This document shows positions 11,859-25,265 of a stretch of 64,000 nt of DNA, in pieces; within the stretch, counting starts at the first letter, position 1; the number at the start of each line of letters is the position of its first letter. The notes under the pieces were generated by a model, which saw nothing but the letters and a program-made list of their open reading frames with translations, had not been told where the DNA came from and made no database searches. The translations under genes were made by a program, and so were the position numbers. Source of the DNA: Squalus acanthias (Eukaryota); assembly GCA_030390025.1 (NCBI GenBank), contig CM059431.1, positions 95,234,001-95,298,000 on the forward strand, given 5' to 3'.

Positions 11859-13598
11859 TCAGTACCCTGTCCCTGCTTTCTCCCCATATCCGTTGAACTC
11901 TTTAGCCTTAAGAAATATATCTAACTCCTTCTTGAATATATTTAATGAATTGGCCTCAACTGCCTTCTGTGGTAGAGAATTCCACAGGTTCACCACTCTC
12001 TGGGTGAAGAAATTCCTCCTCATCTCAGTCCTAAATGGCTTACCCCTTATCCTTAGACTGTGACCCCTGGTTCTGGACTCCCCCGCCATCGGGAACATCC
12101 TTCCTGCATCCAGTCTGTCTAGTCCTCTTAGAATTTTATAAGTTTCAATGAGATCCCCTCTCATTCTTCTAAACTCTAGCGAATACAAGCCCAATCGTCC
12201 CAATCTCTCTTCATACATCATTCCTGCCATCCCAGGTATCAGTCTGGTGAATCTTTGCTGCACTCCCTCCATGGCAAGAACATCCTTCCTCAGATAAGAC
12301 GACCAAAACTGCATACAATACTCAAGGTGTGGTCTCACCAAGGCCCTGTACAACTGCAGCAAGACATCCTTGCTCCTGTACTCGAATCCTCTCGCTATGA
12401 AGGCCAACATACCATTTGCCTTCTTAACCACCTGCTGCACCTGCATGCTTACCTTCAACGACTGGTGCACAAGGACTCCCAGGTCTCGTTGCACTTCCCT
12501 TTTTCCCAATCTATTGCCGTTCAGATAATAATCTGCCTTTCTGTTTTTGCCATCAAAGTGGATAACCCTGCATTTATCCACATTATACTGCATCTGCCAT
12601 GCATCTGCCCAATCACCCAACTTTTCCAAATCATACTGGAGTTTCTCTGCATCCTCCTCACAACACACATGCCCACCCAGCTTTGTGTCGTCTGCAAACT
12701 TGGAGATATTACATCTAGTTCCCTTGTCTAGATCATTAATATGTATTGTGAATAATTGGGGTCCTAGCACCGATCCCTGTGGTACCCCACTAGTCACTGC
12801 CTGCCACTCGGAAAAAGACCCGTTTATTCCAACTCTTTGCTTCCTGTCTGCCAACCAGTTCTCTATCCAAGTCAGTACCTTACCCCCAATCCCATGTGCC
12901 TTAACTTTGCACGCTAATCTCTTATGCGGGACCTTATCGAAAGCCTTCTGAAACTCCAAATACACCACATCCACTGGTTCTCTCTTATCTATTCTACCAG
13001 TTACATCCTCAAAAAATTCCAGTAGATTAGTCAAGCATGATTTACCTTTTGTAAATCCATGTTGACTTTGTCCGATCCTGTCACTGTTTTCCAAGTGTTC
13101 TGCTATTACATCTTTTATAATGGACTCTAGCATTTTCCCCACTACCGATGTCAGGCTTACCGGTCTATAATTCCCCGTTTTCTCTCTCCCACCTTTTTTA
13201 AATAGCAGGGTTACATTAGCTACCCTCCAATCCATGGGAACTGTTCCAGAGTCTATAGAAGTTTGGAAGATGACCAGCAATGCATCTACTATTTCTAGGA
13301 CCACTTCCTTAAGTACCCTAGGATGTAGATTATCAGGCCCTGGGGATTTATCGGTCTTCAATCCCGTCAATTTCCCTAACACCATTTCCAAACAAATACT
13401 GATTTCATTCAGTTCTTCCCTCTCATTAGACCCTATGTTCCCCGACATCTCTGGGAGGTTATTTGTGTCCTCCTTTGTGAAGACAGAACCAAAGTATGTG
13501 TTTAATTGGTCTGCCATTTCTTTGTTCCCCATTATAAATTCTCCTGATTCTGACTGCAAGGGACCTACGCTTGACTTCACCAATCTTTTTCTCTTCAC
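11859..13598 (-). CDS. CR1 ORF2 reverse transcriptase portion (579 aa open; upstream EN frameshifted)
   Basis: NYRPVSLTS, QHGF, FQKAFDKVPH, GVPQGSVLGP, FADD. Confidence 0.85.
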   Translation of the reverse strand: MKRKRLVKSSVGPLQSESGEFIMGNKEMADQLNTYFGSVFTKEDTNNLPEMSGNIGSNEREELNEISICLEMVLGKLTGLKTDKSPGPDNLHPRVLKEVVLEIVDALLVIFQTSIDSGTVPMDWRVANVTLLFKKGGREKTGNYRPVSLTSVVGKMLESIIKDVIAEHLENSDRIGQSQHGFTKGKSCLTNLLEFFEDVTGRIDKREPVDVVYLEFQKAFDKVPHKRLACKVKAHGIGGKVLTWIENWLADRKQRVGINGSFSEWQAVTSGVPQGSVLGPQLFTIHINDLDKGTRCNISKFADDTKLGGHVCCEEDAEKLQYDLEKLGDWADAWQMQYNVDKCRVIHFDGKNRKADYYLNGNRLGKREVQRDLGVLVHQSLKVSMQVQQVVKKANGMLAFIARGFEYRSKDVLLQLYRALVRPHLEYCMQFWSSYLRKDVLAMEGVQQRFTRLIPGMAGMMYEERLGRLGLYSLEFRRMRGDLIETYKILRGLDRLDAGRMFPMAGESRTRGHSLRIRGKPFRTEMRRNFFTQRVVNLWNSLPQKAVEANSLNIFKKELDIFLKAKEFNGYGEKAGTGY

Positions 13599-14840
13599 AT
13601 ATCTATAGAAGCTTTTACAGTCAGTTTTTATGTTCCCTGCAAGGTTACGCTCGTACTCTATTTCCCCCCTCTTAATTAATCCCTTTGTCCTCCTTTGCTA
13701 AATCCTAAACTGCTCCCAATCCTCAGGTTTACTGCTTTATCTGGCCAATTTATATGTTCTCTCCTTGGATCTTATGCTATCACTGATTTCCCTTGTCAGC
13801 CATGGTTGATTCACCTTTTTTGTTTTATTTTTATGCCAGACAGGGATGAACAAATTCTGTAGTTCATCCATGCGAGCTTTGAATGTTTGCCATTGCCTAT
13901 CCACCGTCAACCCTTTGAGTAACATTCCCCAATCTATCCTACCCAACTCGCGCCTCATACCATCATAGTTTCCTTTATTTAAATTCAGGACCCTAGTCTC
14001 TGAGTCAACTATTTCATTCTCCATCTTAATGAAGAATTCTATCATATTATGATCGCTCTGCCCCAAGGGGCCCCGCACAACAAGATTGCTAATTAATCCT
14101 TTCTCGTTACATAATACCCAGTCTAAGATGGCCTGGTCTCTAGTTGGTTCCTTGACATATTGGTCCAGGAAACCATCCTGTATACACTCCAGGAATTCCT
14201 CCTCCACAGTATCGTTACTAATTTGGTTAGCCCAATCTATATGTAGATTAAAGTCACCCATGATAACTGCTGTGCCCTTATTGCACGCGTCTCTAATTTC
14301 CTGTTTAATGCCATCCCAACCTCTGCATTACTGTTTGGGGGTCTGTATACCACTCCCACTAACATTTTCTGCCCCTTGGTATTTCTCAGTTCTACCCATA
14401 TGGATGCCACATCATCAGAGCTAATATCCTTCCTTACAATTGTGTTAATCCCCTCTTTAACCAGCAATGCTACCCCACCTCCTTTTCCTTTTGCCTGTCT
14501 TTCCTGAATATCGAATACCCCTAGATGTTGAATTCCCAGCCTTGGTCACCCTGGAGCCATGTCTCTGTAATCCCAATCATATCATATCCGTTTAGCTCTA
14601 TTAGCGCAGCTAATTCATCCACCTTATTACGAATGCTCCTCGCATTAAGACACAGAGCCTTCAGGCTTGTTTTTTTAACACCCTTCGACGTTTTAGAATT
14701 ATTATTTACTGTGGCCATGTTTGATTTAAACTCTTGATTTCTCTGACTGTCACCTTTGCTTTTCTCCTTCCTGTCTTTTGCTTCTATCCTTGTTTCCCTT
14801 TCCTCTGTCTCCCTGCTCAGGTTCCCAACCCCCTGCCATT

Positions 14841-15761
14841 TTAGTTTAAACCCTCCCCCAGAGCACTAGCAAACACTCCCCCTAGGACATCAGTCCCGGC
14901 CCTGCCCAGGTGCAAACCGTCCAGTTTGTCCTGATCCCACCTCCCCCAGAACCGGTTCCAATGTCCCAGGAATTTGAATCCCTCCCCTTTGAAATATCCT
15001 TCTATTTCTACTCTGACTAGCACGTGGCACTGGTAGCAATCCTGAGATTACTACCTTTGAGGTCCTATTTTTTAATTTACTTCCTAACTCCCTATATTCT
15101 GCTTTTAGGACCTCATCCCGTTTTTTACCTATATTGTTGGTACCTATATGCACCACGACAACTGGCTGTTCACCCTCCCCCTCCAAAATGCTCTGTAGCC
15201 GTTCTGAGACATCCTTGACCCTTGCACCAGGGAGGCAACATACCATCCTGGAGTCTTGTTTGCGGCCGCAGAAACGCCTATCTATTCCCTTACAATAGAA
15301 TCCCCTATCACTATAGCTCTCCCACTCTTTTTCCTCCCATCCTGTGCAGCAGAACCACCCACGGTGCCAGGAAGTTGGCTGCTGCTGTCTTCCCCTGATA
15401 AGCCATCTCCCTCAACAACATCCAAAGCAGTATATCTGTTTGAGAGGGTGATGGCCACAGGGGACCCCTGCACTACCTGCCTGCACCTCCTACTCTGCCT
15501 GGTGGTCACCCATTCCCTTCCTGCCTGTGCAGCCTTTACCTGCGGTGTGACCAACTCCCTAAACGTGCTATCCACGATGTCCTCAGCATTGCGAATGCTC
15601 CAGTATGCATCCATCCGCAGCTCCAGTGCCACAATGCGGTCTGTCAGTAGCTGCAGCTGGATACACTTTCCACACACATGGTCAACAGGGACACAGGAAG
15701 TGTTCCTGATTTTCCACATAGCGCAGGAGGAGCATACCACGGGGCCGGGCTGTCCTGCCAT
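14841..15761 (-). pseudogene. CR1 ORF1, frameshifted
   Basis: CSSCAMW...CGKCIQL, AIVIGDSIVR, VVVHIGTNN, DGLHL. Confidence 0.85.
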
Positions 15762-16062
15762 GACTTACCCTTTAATTAATTAATTAATTCAAATTAAATT
15801 AAATGAATCCCACCAATTACACTGCAATTAAATGATATACTCAAGGGCCCTTGCTTAACAGTAATCCCCGCTACACAACAGAGACCTTAGAATTCACAAA
15901 ATTTACGTTTAGAAAAATTGAGAAAGAAATACTCACCAACCAATCACTTACCTGCTTTTTGGTGACATCACACTTCGATTACTTTTTGCTTCCCTGTCCC
16001 GGAACCTGGATTGGTAAAACTTCAAAACTGCCACCATCACACCCTCCTAAAAAAACACACTC

Positions 16063-16716
16063 TGGGTGCGAAATTCGGCTGCTGTGTGCCCACCATTAAC
16101 GCCTCCATGGGCCGGGTTTTTGCCAAGGCGCTAAGAGTTAACGCCCCACTCCTGTAGGTATCGCCCTGCTCGGCTGCGCCCAGCGATGATGATGTCATCG
16201 CCGTGCGCAGTGCCCCGTTAGCGCCCATGATGCAAAATTCAGCCACGCCCCCTCATTTATCGCCTGGCGCTAACAATGACAGCATCAGCTGCCAAGTTGC
16301 AGTCGGGAGTCGGCTCCGTGCGCGCTATTTAAAGGCACCATCTTGGGGAAAATTTTTTGTTCGCCATAACTCTTCTCAGACATTGTCAGACAAGACATAT
16401 CTAGTTCCACATGGCTGAATCGAGTAGCCCTCTCCCTCTCCCTTGCAGCAGCCACGGCACAAAGCCGTCTCAGTAGCTGAGAGGTCGCACTCAAGAGCAG
16501 CAGTGCTGATAATGAGCAGCTGCAGCTTGAAACTACCTCCCCTTTAAGAGCTGGAATAAGCTCGAGTCAAGGCTTGAAGGCTGATTGCTGAACGCAAGTC
16601 AGCTGAAATTGGGTAGCGCACTGGCAATAGCGCCCCTGCAGTGCTCCACTGAGACCATTAGCGCCTCATTTACCGCCCCGCTTCACTCCTGGAGCGAAAA
16701 CGTACAATTTTGCAAC
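16063..16716. mobile_element. Probable non-autonomous Harbinger
   Basis: CpG-rich with many TAGCGCC/GGCGCTA motifs and GCGCTATTTAAAGG, as in the 43291/53411 ends; TIRs degenerate. Confidence 0.55.
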
Positions 16717-16767
16717 ATTTTCAATGGATTTCGCCAGGTGCTAACTTTTCAAAAAGTTAAAAGGTAG

Positions 16768-18111
16768 CGTCGTCTGTCCTTGCAAACTACCGCCCCAACT
16801 TCAACCTTCCTTTCCTCTGCAAAGTCCTTGATCGTGTTGTCACATCCCAAATCTGTTGCCATATTTCCCGCAATTCCATGTTTAAATCCCTCCAATCAGG
16901 TTTCTGCCCCTGCCACAGTACCGAAACGGCCCTTATCAAAGTCACAAATGACATCCTATGTGACTAACCGTGGGAAACTATACCTCATCCTTCTTGACTT
17001 GTCTGCAGCCTTTGACACGGTTGACCACACCATCCTCCACCAACATCACTTTTCCGTTGTTCAGCTGGGTGGGACTGCTCTCGCTTAGTTCCATTCTTAT
17101 CTATCTAATCGTAACCTGCAATGGCTTCTCTTCCTGCACCCGCATCGTTACCTCTGGTGTTCCCCAAGGATCTATCCTTGGAACCCCTCCTATTTCTCAT
17201 CTACACGCCGCCCTTTGATGACATCATCTGAAAACACAGTGTCAGGTTCAACATGTATGCTGACAACACCCAGCTCTACCTCACCACCACCTCTCTCGAC
17301 CCCTCCATTTTCTCTAATTTGTCACACTGTCCAACATCCAGTACTGGATGAGCAGAAATTTACTCCAATTAAATATTGGGAAGACTGAAGCCATTGTCTT
17401 TGGTCCCTGCCACAAACTCCATTCCCTAGCTATCGACTCCACCCCTCTCCCTGGCAACTGTCTGAGGCTGAACCAGACCATTGGTGTCGTGATGAGCTTC
17501 CAACCACATATCCGCTCCATCACCAAGACCACTTACTTCCATCTCCATAACATCGCCTGACTCTGCCCCTGCCTCAACTCATCTGCTGCTGCAACCTTCA
17601 TCCGTGCCTTTGTTACTCCTAGATTTGACTATTCCTATGCTCTCCTGGCCGACCTCCCATCTTCCAGCCTACATAAACTGGAGCTCATCCAAAACTCTAC
17701 TGCTCGTATCCTATCTCGCACCAAGTCACGTTCACACATCACCCCTGTGCTCGCTGACCTACATTGGCTCCCAGTCCGGCAATGCTTCAATTTTAAAATG
17801 CTGATCCTTGTTTTCAAATCCCTCCATGGCCTCACCCCTCCCTATCTCTGTAACTGCCTCCAGCCCTACAGCCCTCCAAGCTATCTGCGGTACTCTAATT
17901 CTGGCCTCTATCGCATCCCCGATTTTAATCACTCCACCTACGCTCTAAATTTTGGAATTCCCTTCCAAAACCTCTCCGTTCTCTACCTCTTTCTTCTCCT
18001 TTAAGAGACTCCTTAAAATCTACCTCTTTAACCAAGCTTTTGTTTGAAGCGCTCTTTTGAAGTTTTACTATGTTAAAGTCGCTATATAAATGCAAGTTGT
18101 TGTTGTTGTTG
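16768..18111 (+). mobile_element. L2 LINE, 3' half, degraded
   Basis: LLDLSAAFDTVDH, GVPQGSILG, LQLNIGKTE, LHWLPV; tail GCTATATAAATGCAAGTTGTTGTTG. Confidence 0.9.
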
Positions 18112-18173
18112 GCTTGGTTACCTGTCTGTGGTGAAGTGTCTGTCTGCTCTGCAAAGAGATGGTTTAGACACGT

Positions 18174-19520
18174 TGGCCGCGAAATTCGGGGTTTTAGCGC
18201 CGGCCGTTCAGGCTGATTTTGCTGGAAAATGGCAGCCGACTCGCTTACGCCCACTTCTGGTAGGTCCCACGACAGCTACCATTTTGTGGAGGTTGATAGC
18301 GCTGCCATTGCCAGCGCTCGCTCCACATATTTGGCCGAGGCAGATCATGATGTCAATGAGTATGCAATGCTGATTTGATGCACGATCTGTCATTTTCGAG
18401 TCGCCACTCCATTCAACGCCCTCTCCGAATCACAACGAGCTGACCAAGCGTTCAGCAGCAGGATGGAGTCCCCAGCAGCGCTATTTAAAGGGATCATCCA
18501 ATACTTGCAGCTGACTTGCTTTTCCAGTTCTACCGGCTCTGTCTAAGTTTGTGCAACTGTCTGGAGCTTTCCAGAGTTGTTTAAAGTTGGCAAGGTGACG
18601 GGGAGTGTTGCTGCAGTTGGGGAATGCATTGATTCTCATTTAAAGGGTTCTGCTCACACCACTTGCTCCCAGTTACTTGCAGTCCCCCTCACGCTCGAGT
18701 ATGACAAGGAGATGGAGCGGAGGCAGCGATGAAGAGGACAAGATGCTCGCAGAGGGAGGAGGAGGAGGGGCAGGAGGGCTTTCATCAGGAGGCCTTACCC
18801 ACCTAGGGTCTTCAGAGAGCACTTCCCCTACCTGCACTTAAGCCAGGAGCAGTGTATTAGGAGGCTCCGCTTGACCAAGGAGGTGGTCACGCAACTCTGC
18901 CACCTCCTGCAACCAGACCTGCAGCCTCAGAGCAGGGCGATGACGGCTCTTCAAGTGGCCCTCAAGGTTACCGTGATCCTCAGTTTTTTCACCACCGGAT
19001 CCTTCCAGTCTGCAACAGGAGACATAGCTAACATCTCCCAGTTCGCCGTCCATCGCTGCATCCGGGAGGTCACAGAGGCTCTCTACTCCAGGAGAAGGGA
19101 CTTCATTGTCTTCTCTCTGGATGAGCGCGCATGTGGCTTTGTCAGAATATCGGGTTTCCCCATGTTGCAGGGCACCATCAACTGCACACATGTGGCTTTG
19201 TAGGCGCCGTATACCAATCTTGAAATGTTCCGTAACCGCAAAGGCTACCACTCTCTTGATGTGCAGTTGTTGTTCGACCAAGCCCAGCGCATTATGATGG
19301 TGAATGCCCGCTATACTGGCAGCAGTCATGATGCTTTCATCCTACGCCAGACCGGAGTGCCAGCAATCTTCCAGCCACCATGTCAAACACAAGGGTGGCT
19401 GTTCAGAGACAAGGGCTATCCACTCTGCACCTGGCTGATGACTCCCCTTTCGCAACCCCACCACACATGCCCATAAGTCATATAATGGCAGCCATGCTGC
19501 CACGAGGAACATCATTGAGC
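18174..19520 (+). mobile_element. Harbinger left arm with transposase pseudogene, truncated by a LINE
   Basis: GGCCGCGAAATTC terminus; KEVVTQLCHLL, TGSFQ, NRKGYHSL, SHDAFIL, DKGYPL...WLMTP; contains stops and frameshifts. Confidence 0.85.
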
Positions 19521-19522
19521 AG

Positions 19523-22472
19523 CCAGAAATGTGGTTGCCTCTTAACTGCCATCTGAAATGGCCCAGGAAGACACTCAGTTGTAACAAACTGCTACGAAAA
19601 ACAATAGCAATAAACTGGATGGAACACATGGCATTGACCTCGGCACTAGCATCGGACACGGCAACGGCACACCCAGCCCAGTCAACCGTGTAAGGTCCTC
19701 CGCACCAACATCTGGGGATTTGTGCCAACATTGGGAGCGCTGTCCCACAGACTAGTCAAGCAACAGCCTGACATAGTCATACTCACAGAATCATACCTTT
19801 CTGCCAATGTCCCAAACTTCTCCATCACCATCCCTGGGTATGTTCTGTCCCACCAGCAGGACAGACCCAGCAGGGGTGGCAGCACAGTGGTATACAGTCG
19901 GGAAGGAGTGGCCCTGGGAGTCCTCAACATTGACTCCGGGCCCCATGAAGTCTCATGGCTTCGGGTTAAGCATGGGCAAGGAAACCTCCTGCTGATTACC
20001 ACCTACTACTCTCCCTCAGCTGATGAATCAATACTCCTCCATGTTGAACACCACATGGGAGAAGCACTGAGAGTAGAAAGGGCACAGAACGTACTCTGGG
20101 TGGGGGACTTCAATGTCCATCAGCAAGAGTGGCTCGGTAGCACCACTACTGACCGAGCTGACCGAGTCCTGAAGGACATAGCTGCCAGTCTGGGCCTGCG
20201 ACAGGTGGTGAGAGAACCAACACGAGGGAAAAACCTACTTGACCTCATCCTCACCAATCTACCTGTCACAGATGCATCTGTCCATGACAGCATTGGTAGC
20301 AGTGACCACTACACAGTCCTTGTGGAGACGAAGTCCTGTCTTCACACTGAGGACACCCTCCATTGTGTTGTGTGGCACTACCACCGTGCTAAATGGGATA
20401 GATTCAGAACAGATCTAGCAGCTCAAAACTGGGCATCCATGAGGCACTGTGGGCCATCTGTAGCAGCAGAATTGTATTCCACCACAATCCGTAACCTCAT
20501 GGCCCGGCATATACCTCACTCTACCCTTACCATCAAGCCATGGGACCAACCCTGGTTCAATAAGGAGTGTAGAAGAGCATGCCGGGAGCAGCACCAGGCG
20601 TACCTAAAAATGAGGTGCCAACCTGGGGAAGCTGCAACACAGGACTACATGCATGCTATAGACAGAGCTAAGCGATCCCACAATCAACGGATCAGATCAA
20701 AGCTCTGCAGTCCTGCCACATCCAGTCGTGAATGGTGGTGAACCATTACACAACTAATGGGAGGAGGAGGTTCCATGAATATCTACATCCTCAATGATGG
20801 TGGAGCCCAGCACGTGAATGCAAAACACAAAGCTGAAGTATTCGCAACCATCTTAAGCCAGAAGTGCCGAGTGGATGATCCATATTGGCCGACTCCTGAG
20901 GTCCCCACCACCACAGAAGCCAGTCTTCAGCCAATTCAATTCACTCCACGTGATATCAAGAAACGGCTGAGCACACTGGATACAGCAAAGGCTATGGGCC
21001 CCGACAACATCCCGGCTGTCGTGCTGAAGACTTGTGCTCCAGAACTAGCCGCACCTCTAGCCAACCTGTTCCAGTACAGCTATAACACTGGCATCGATCC
21101 AACAATGTGGAAAACTGCCCAGGTACGTCCAGTCCACAAAAAGCAGGACAAATCTAATCTGGCCAATTACCGCCCCATCAGTCTACTCTCAATCATCAGC
21201 AAAGTGATGGAACGTTTTGTTGACAGTGCTATCAAGCAGCACTTACTCACCAATAACCTGCTCACTGATGCCCAGTTTGCGTTCCGCCAAGACCACTCAG
21301 GCACCAGACCTCATTACAACCTTGGTCCAAACATGGACAAAAGAGCTGGATTCGAGTGGTGAGGTGAGAGTGACTGCCCTTGACATCAAGGCAACATTTG
21401 ACCGAGTGTGGCATCAAGGAGCCCTAGTAAAATTGAAGTCAATGGAAATCAGGGGGGTAACTCTCCACTGGCTGGAGTCATACCCAACACAAAGGAAGCT
21501 GATTGTGATGGTTGTAGGTCAATCATCACAGCCCCAGGACATCACTGCAGGACTTCATCAGGGCAGTGTCCTAGGCCCAACCATCTTCAGCTGCTTCATC
21601 AATTACCTTTCCTCCATCATAAGGTCAGAGGTGGGGATCTTTGCTGATGACTGCACAGTGTTCAGCGCCATTCGCAACTCCTCAGATAATGAAGCTGTCC
21701 ATGCCCACATGCAGCAAGACCTGGACGACATTCAGGCTTGGGCTGATAAGTGGCAGGTTACATTCGCGCCACACGAGTGCCAGGCAATGACTATCTCCAA
21801 AAAGCGAGAGTCTAACTACCTCCCCTTGACATTCAATGGCATTACCATCGCCAAATCCCCCACCATAAGTTTCCTGGGGGTCACCATTGACCAGAAACTG
21901 AACTGGACCAGCCACATAAATACTGTGGTAACAAGAGCATGTCAGAGGTTGGGTATTCTGCGGCGAGTGTCTCACCTCATGACAAGGCACAAGTCAGGAG
22001 TGTAATGGAATACTCTCCACTTACCTGGATGAGTGCAGCTCCAACAACATCCAGGACAAAGCAACCCGCTTGATTGGCGCCCATTCCACCACCTTAAACA
22101 TTCACTCCCTCCACCACTGACGTACCGTGACTGCACTGCAGCAACTCATCAAGGCTTCTTCGGCAGCACCTCCAAAACCCGCGACTTCTCCCTCCTAGAA
22201 GGACAAGGGCAGCAGACGCATGGGAACACCACCACCTCCAAGTTCCCCTACAAGTCACACACCATACTGACTTGGAAGTATATCGCCGTTCCTTCATCGT
22301 CGCTGGGTCAAAATCCTGGAACTCCCTCCCTAACAGCACTGTGGGATTACCTTCACCGCGCGGACTGCAGCGGTTCAAGAAGGCGGCTCACCACCACCTT
22401 CTCAAGGGCAACTAGGGATGGGCAATAAATGCTGGCCTTGCCCGCGATGCCCACATCCCATGAACTAAAAAA
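19523..22472 (+). mobile_element. Single-ORF CR1-clade LINE, copy B
   Basis: ORFs 19722-20741 (EN), 20757-21362 and 21217-22005 (RT, FADD); 3' end GGGCAATAAATGCTGGCC...CCCACATCCCATGAAC followed by poly-A. Confidence 0.9.
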
Positions 22473-23023
22473 AAGGAAAAAATACTCTGCAAAATTCCTC
22501 TCCAACCCCCTTAGGCAATGGAAACTAGTCCAGGATATCACTTTGACCAAGTATTTCCTATAAAGACATTTACCTTCCGATGCGATCTCTGCCCCAGTCA
22601 GGAACTGGTCTGGCTCCCTCTTGAAGGCAGAGAGTCAGCATCCACCACACCAGTTGGCAATGTCTTCCAGAGGCTCACAATTTTCTGGGAAAAGAATTGC
22701 CTAACATACAGTCTATTCCTACTCTTACATAGTTTTAACTTATAGGGCTGGATTTTGATACTGGAGCGGGCTAGGGTCGTGTAATCTGCATTTCGTGTTA
22801 GCCACCCGATTCTAAATTGATGTGGGCGAATGATGCCATTTTAACCTAATTGGCCAATTGAGTTCCAACGTGTGGGAACCCATGGCCAGTGCGTTTTTCC
22901 AGTCTGAAAGTCGCTTCCGATGACGTCATAATTGCTGCTGCATTTAAGGTCTGCAACAAGCCTTGCTTCTTCTGCAGACTGCCAAGCTTTTGCCCTTGCA
23001 TGTTAGAGGCACCTGCAGGAAGA

Positions 23024-25007
23024 ATGGCCAGCCAGAGACCTAGGTCTGCACCCCGCTTTGATGATGTTGCCCTGCAGGCTTTAGTAGAGGGAGCAAGAGC
23101 AAACAAAGAGGTGCTCTTCCCTTCTTCAGGGAGGAAGAAGCCTCCCCAGCAAACCAAGGCTGTGTGGATCCAGGTGGCAGAGGAGGTCAACTCTTTGTCA
23201 ATAACCCGCAGAACCTGGCTTCAGTGCAGGAAGAGGCTTCATGACCTTCTGCGCACTGGAAAAGTAAGTATGAATTTCCCATCACCCTCAATCTGATCCC
23301 CATTGCCTCTCCTCACTAGCACTCAGCTTTAGCAATCTCTTCCTCCACATCCCACTTGACACTGACATCCATGCACCCTTACCCATTCTCTCTCTCTCTA
23401 TGGTCACATTCACCTAACTATTCAACTATGCAGCCCTCACACTCCCTATCACTGTGATGCAATTACAACTTACAACACACAGGGAGGGCCCTTGGTCTTG
23501 CCACCTCACTCCATCTTTGTCTCCTTCTAAGCATCTATGCTATGGATTCTCTACACTCACTCCTTCATTCTCACTCAAACTCCATTTGTCTCCCTCATTG
23601 CAGGAAAAGAGAGCTCACAATAAGAGGGAAAGAGCGAGGACAGGAGGAGGGCCACCCTCAGTAGCCCAGCTCACCACCTGGGAGGAGGCGGTCCTGGAGA
23701 TGGTGGGAGTGGAGGAAGATTCCCAAGTGGGGGACGGACAGACGGGCGCATCACAGCAAGCTGGTGACAGAATAGTTTTCCATCTCTCTCAATGACATTG
23801 CATGAGTCGCTGATAATGATTCTGAAGCTCTAACAGATGGACTTATGATCATCTGCAATATGCAATGTGCATGTAACCTTGGCCTCACATATCTCACTCT
23901 TTCCTTTACTCCCTCCCAGGACCATCGCAAGCACCCGTCCCCACTATCAAGGAGGGAGAGCATGAGCCTCAAGACTCCTCAGAGGAAGCTGCAATCTCTG
24001 AAGGCGCAGCGTCAGCAGAATTCAGCGCACCCAGCACCAGCGCAGACACTCATACCTCGGAGGGAACATCGCGAGATAGAGTAGTGTTGGCACCTGGTGT
24101 ATCACAGCTCACAAGTGAGCATCAGCAGATAGTGGAGACAGGGACAGCAGTGGAGAGTCCTAGTTGGAGGGCGCAGGACTCTCCCAGCTTGGCTCAGCTG
24201 CATGTCGACCCTCTGCCTCTGCGTCCATCCATAAGATCAGCGGTGCTGGAACTCCAGGAACAGATGCAGGAGTCTCTGGCAGGTTTTGTCTCCAGGGTCG
24301 CTGCGAGTGTGGAGCGAATGGAGGAGTCCATTGCAAACATGAGCTGAGCCTTTGTGGAGTCATTGGCGCATGAACGCATCACCACGGAAATGATGGCAAC
24401 CTCCGTGCAAATGATGGCAACCTCCGTCGAAAGGATGGCTACAGTAGACGAGAGGATGGCTGCGGCCATGGAGGAGATAAGTCGTCAGAGTGCAGAAAAC
24501 ATGGTGAGTGTTCAGAATAGAATGACATCTCTGGAGGAGCGATGGTCATCTATTGAACACAGAAACCAAACCTTCATGGAAGTCCTTCTGAGTAGGACTT
24601 CCAGTGCAGATACGGGTCCCCATGGCTCCCCTGATGTGCAGCAAGGTGCTCTCAATCCACTTGCAAGCGCTGAGGTGGACCTGACCCATGAGAGGGATGT
24701 TGTTTGCAGAGAACAAGGAAATGGGGGCTCCTCTCCAAGCGCTTACACTTCCATGCCACTGACAAGTCCTCGGTCAAAGCCCCACCAGAGTCCACACCCA
24801 ACTGAGATCGGCGTCTCAACCCCTGCACAGCCGCAGGAGCAGCAGACTGTTGGCGAGCCCTCATAGGTTCGCAACCCCAGAGGCCGCCCGTCAAAGGTGT
24901 CGAGACAGGAGCAGCAAGAAAGTGAGCAAGGGGCCTCCACATCTGCTGAAGCCACAGGGGAAGCACCACGTAGGAGCACGTGTAAGAGAAAGATTGAGCA
25001 CAAATAG
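23024..25007 (+). pseudogene. Harbinger Myb/SANT-coiled-coil gene, 3 exons (23024-23263, 23604-23763, 23920-25007) with two in-frame stops
   Basis: GT-AG introns in phases 0 and 1; the frame continues through TGA 24345-24347 and TAG 24864-24866 to TAG 25005-25007. Confidence 0.75.
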
Positions 25008-25265
25008 TCACAAGGGTAGTCACTTGGGTGAATTTTGATGTTTTATGTTAAAAAGCCATCAGATGATTACTGTAAATAAAAAAATCTGATGGCTACTGCT
25101 GTAGTTGAGGCATGTGTCATTTCGCGAATGGGACTTCGACATTGAGGGCCTAGGAGTACTTGCAATTGTCAGTATGGTGTTCAAATTGCTAGGAATCCGT
25201 TGGTTCTTGGCCATTGTCGATGCTCAGGTAAGAAGCTGCGAGGCAAAAGTGCTTGATTGGCTAGG

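Larger units (their letters stand above)
11766..15990 (-). mobile_element. Near full-length CR1 LINE
   Basis: ORF1 from 15761 to ~14841; EN pieces 14718-13737; RT ORF 13598-11859; CATAGAAA-type microsatellite tail at 11766. Confidence 0.95.
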
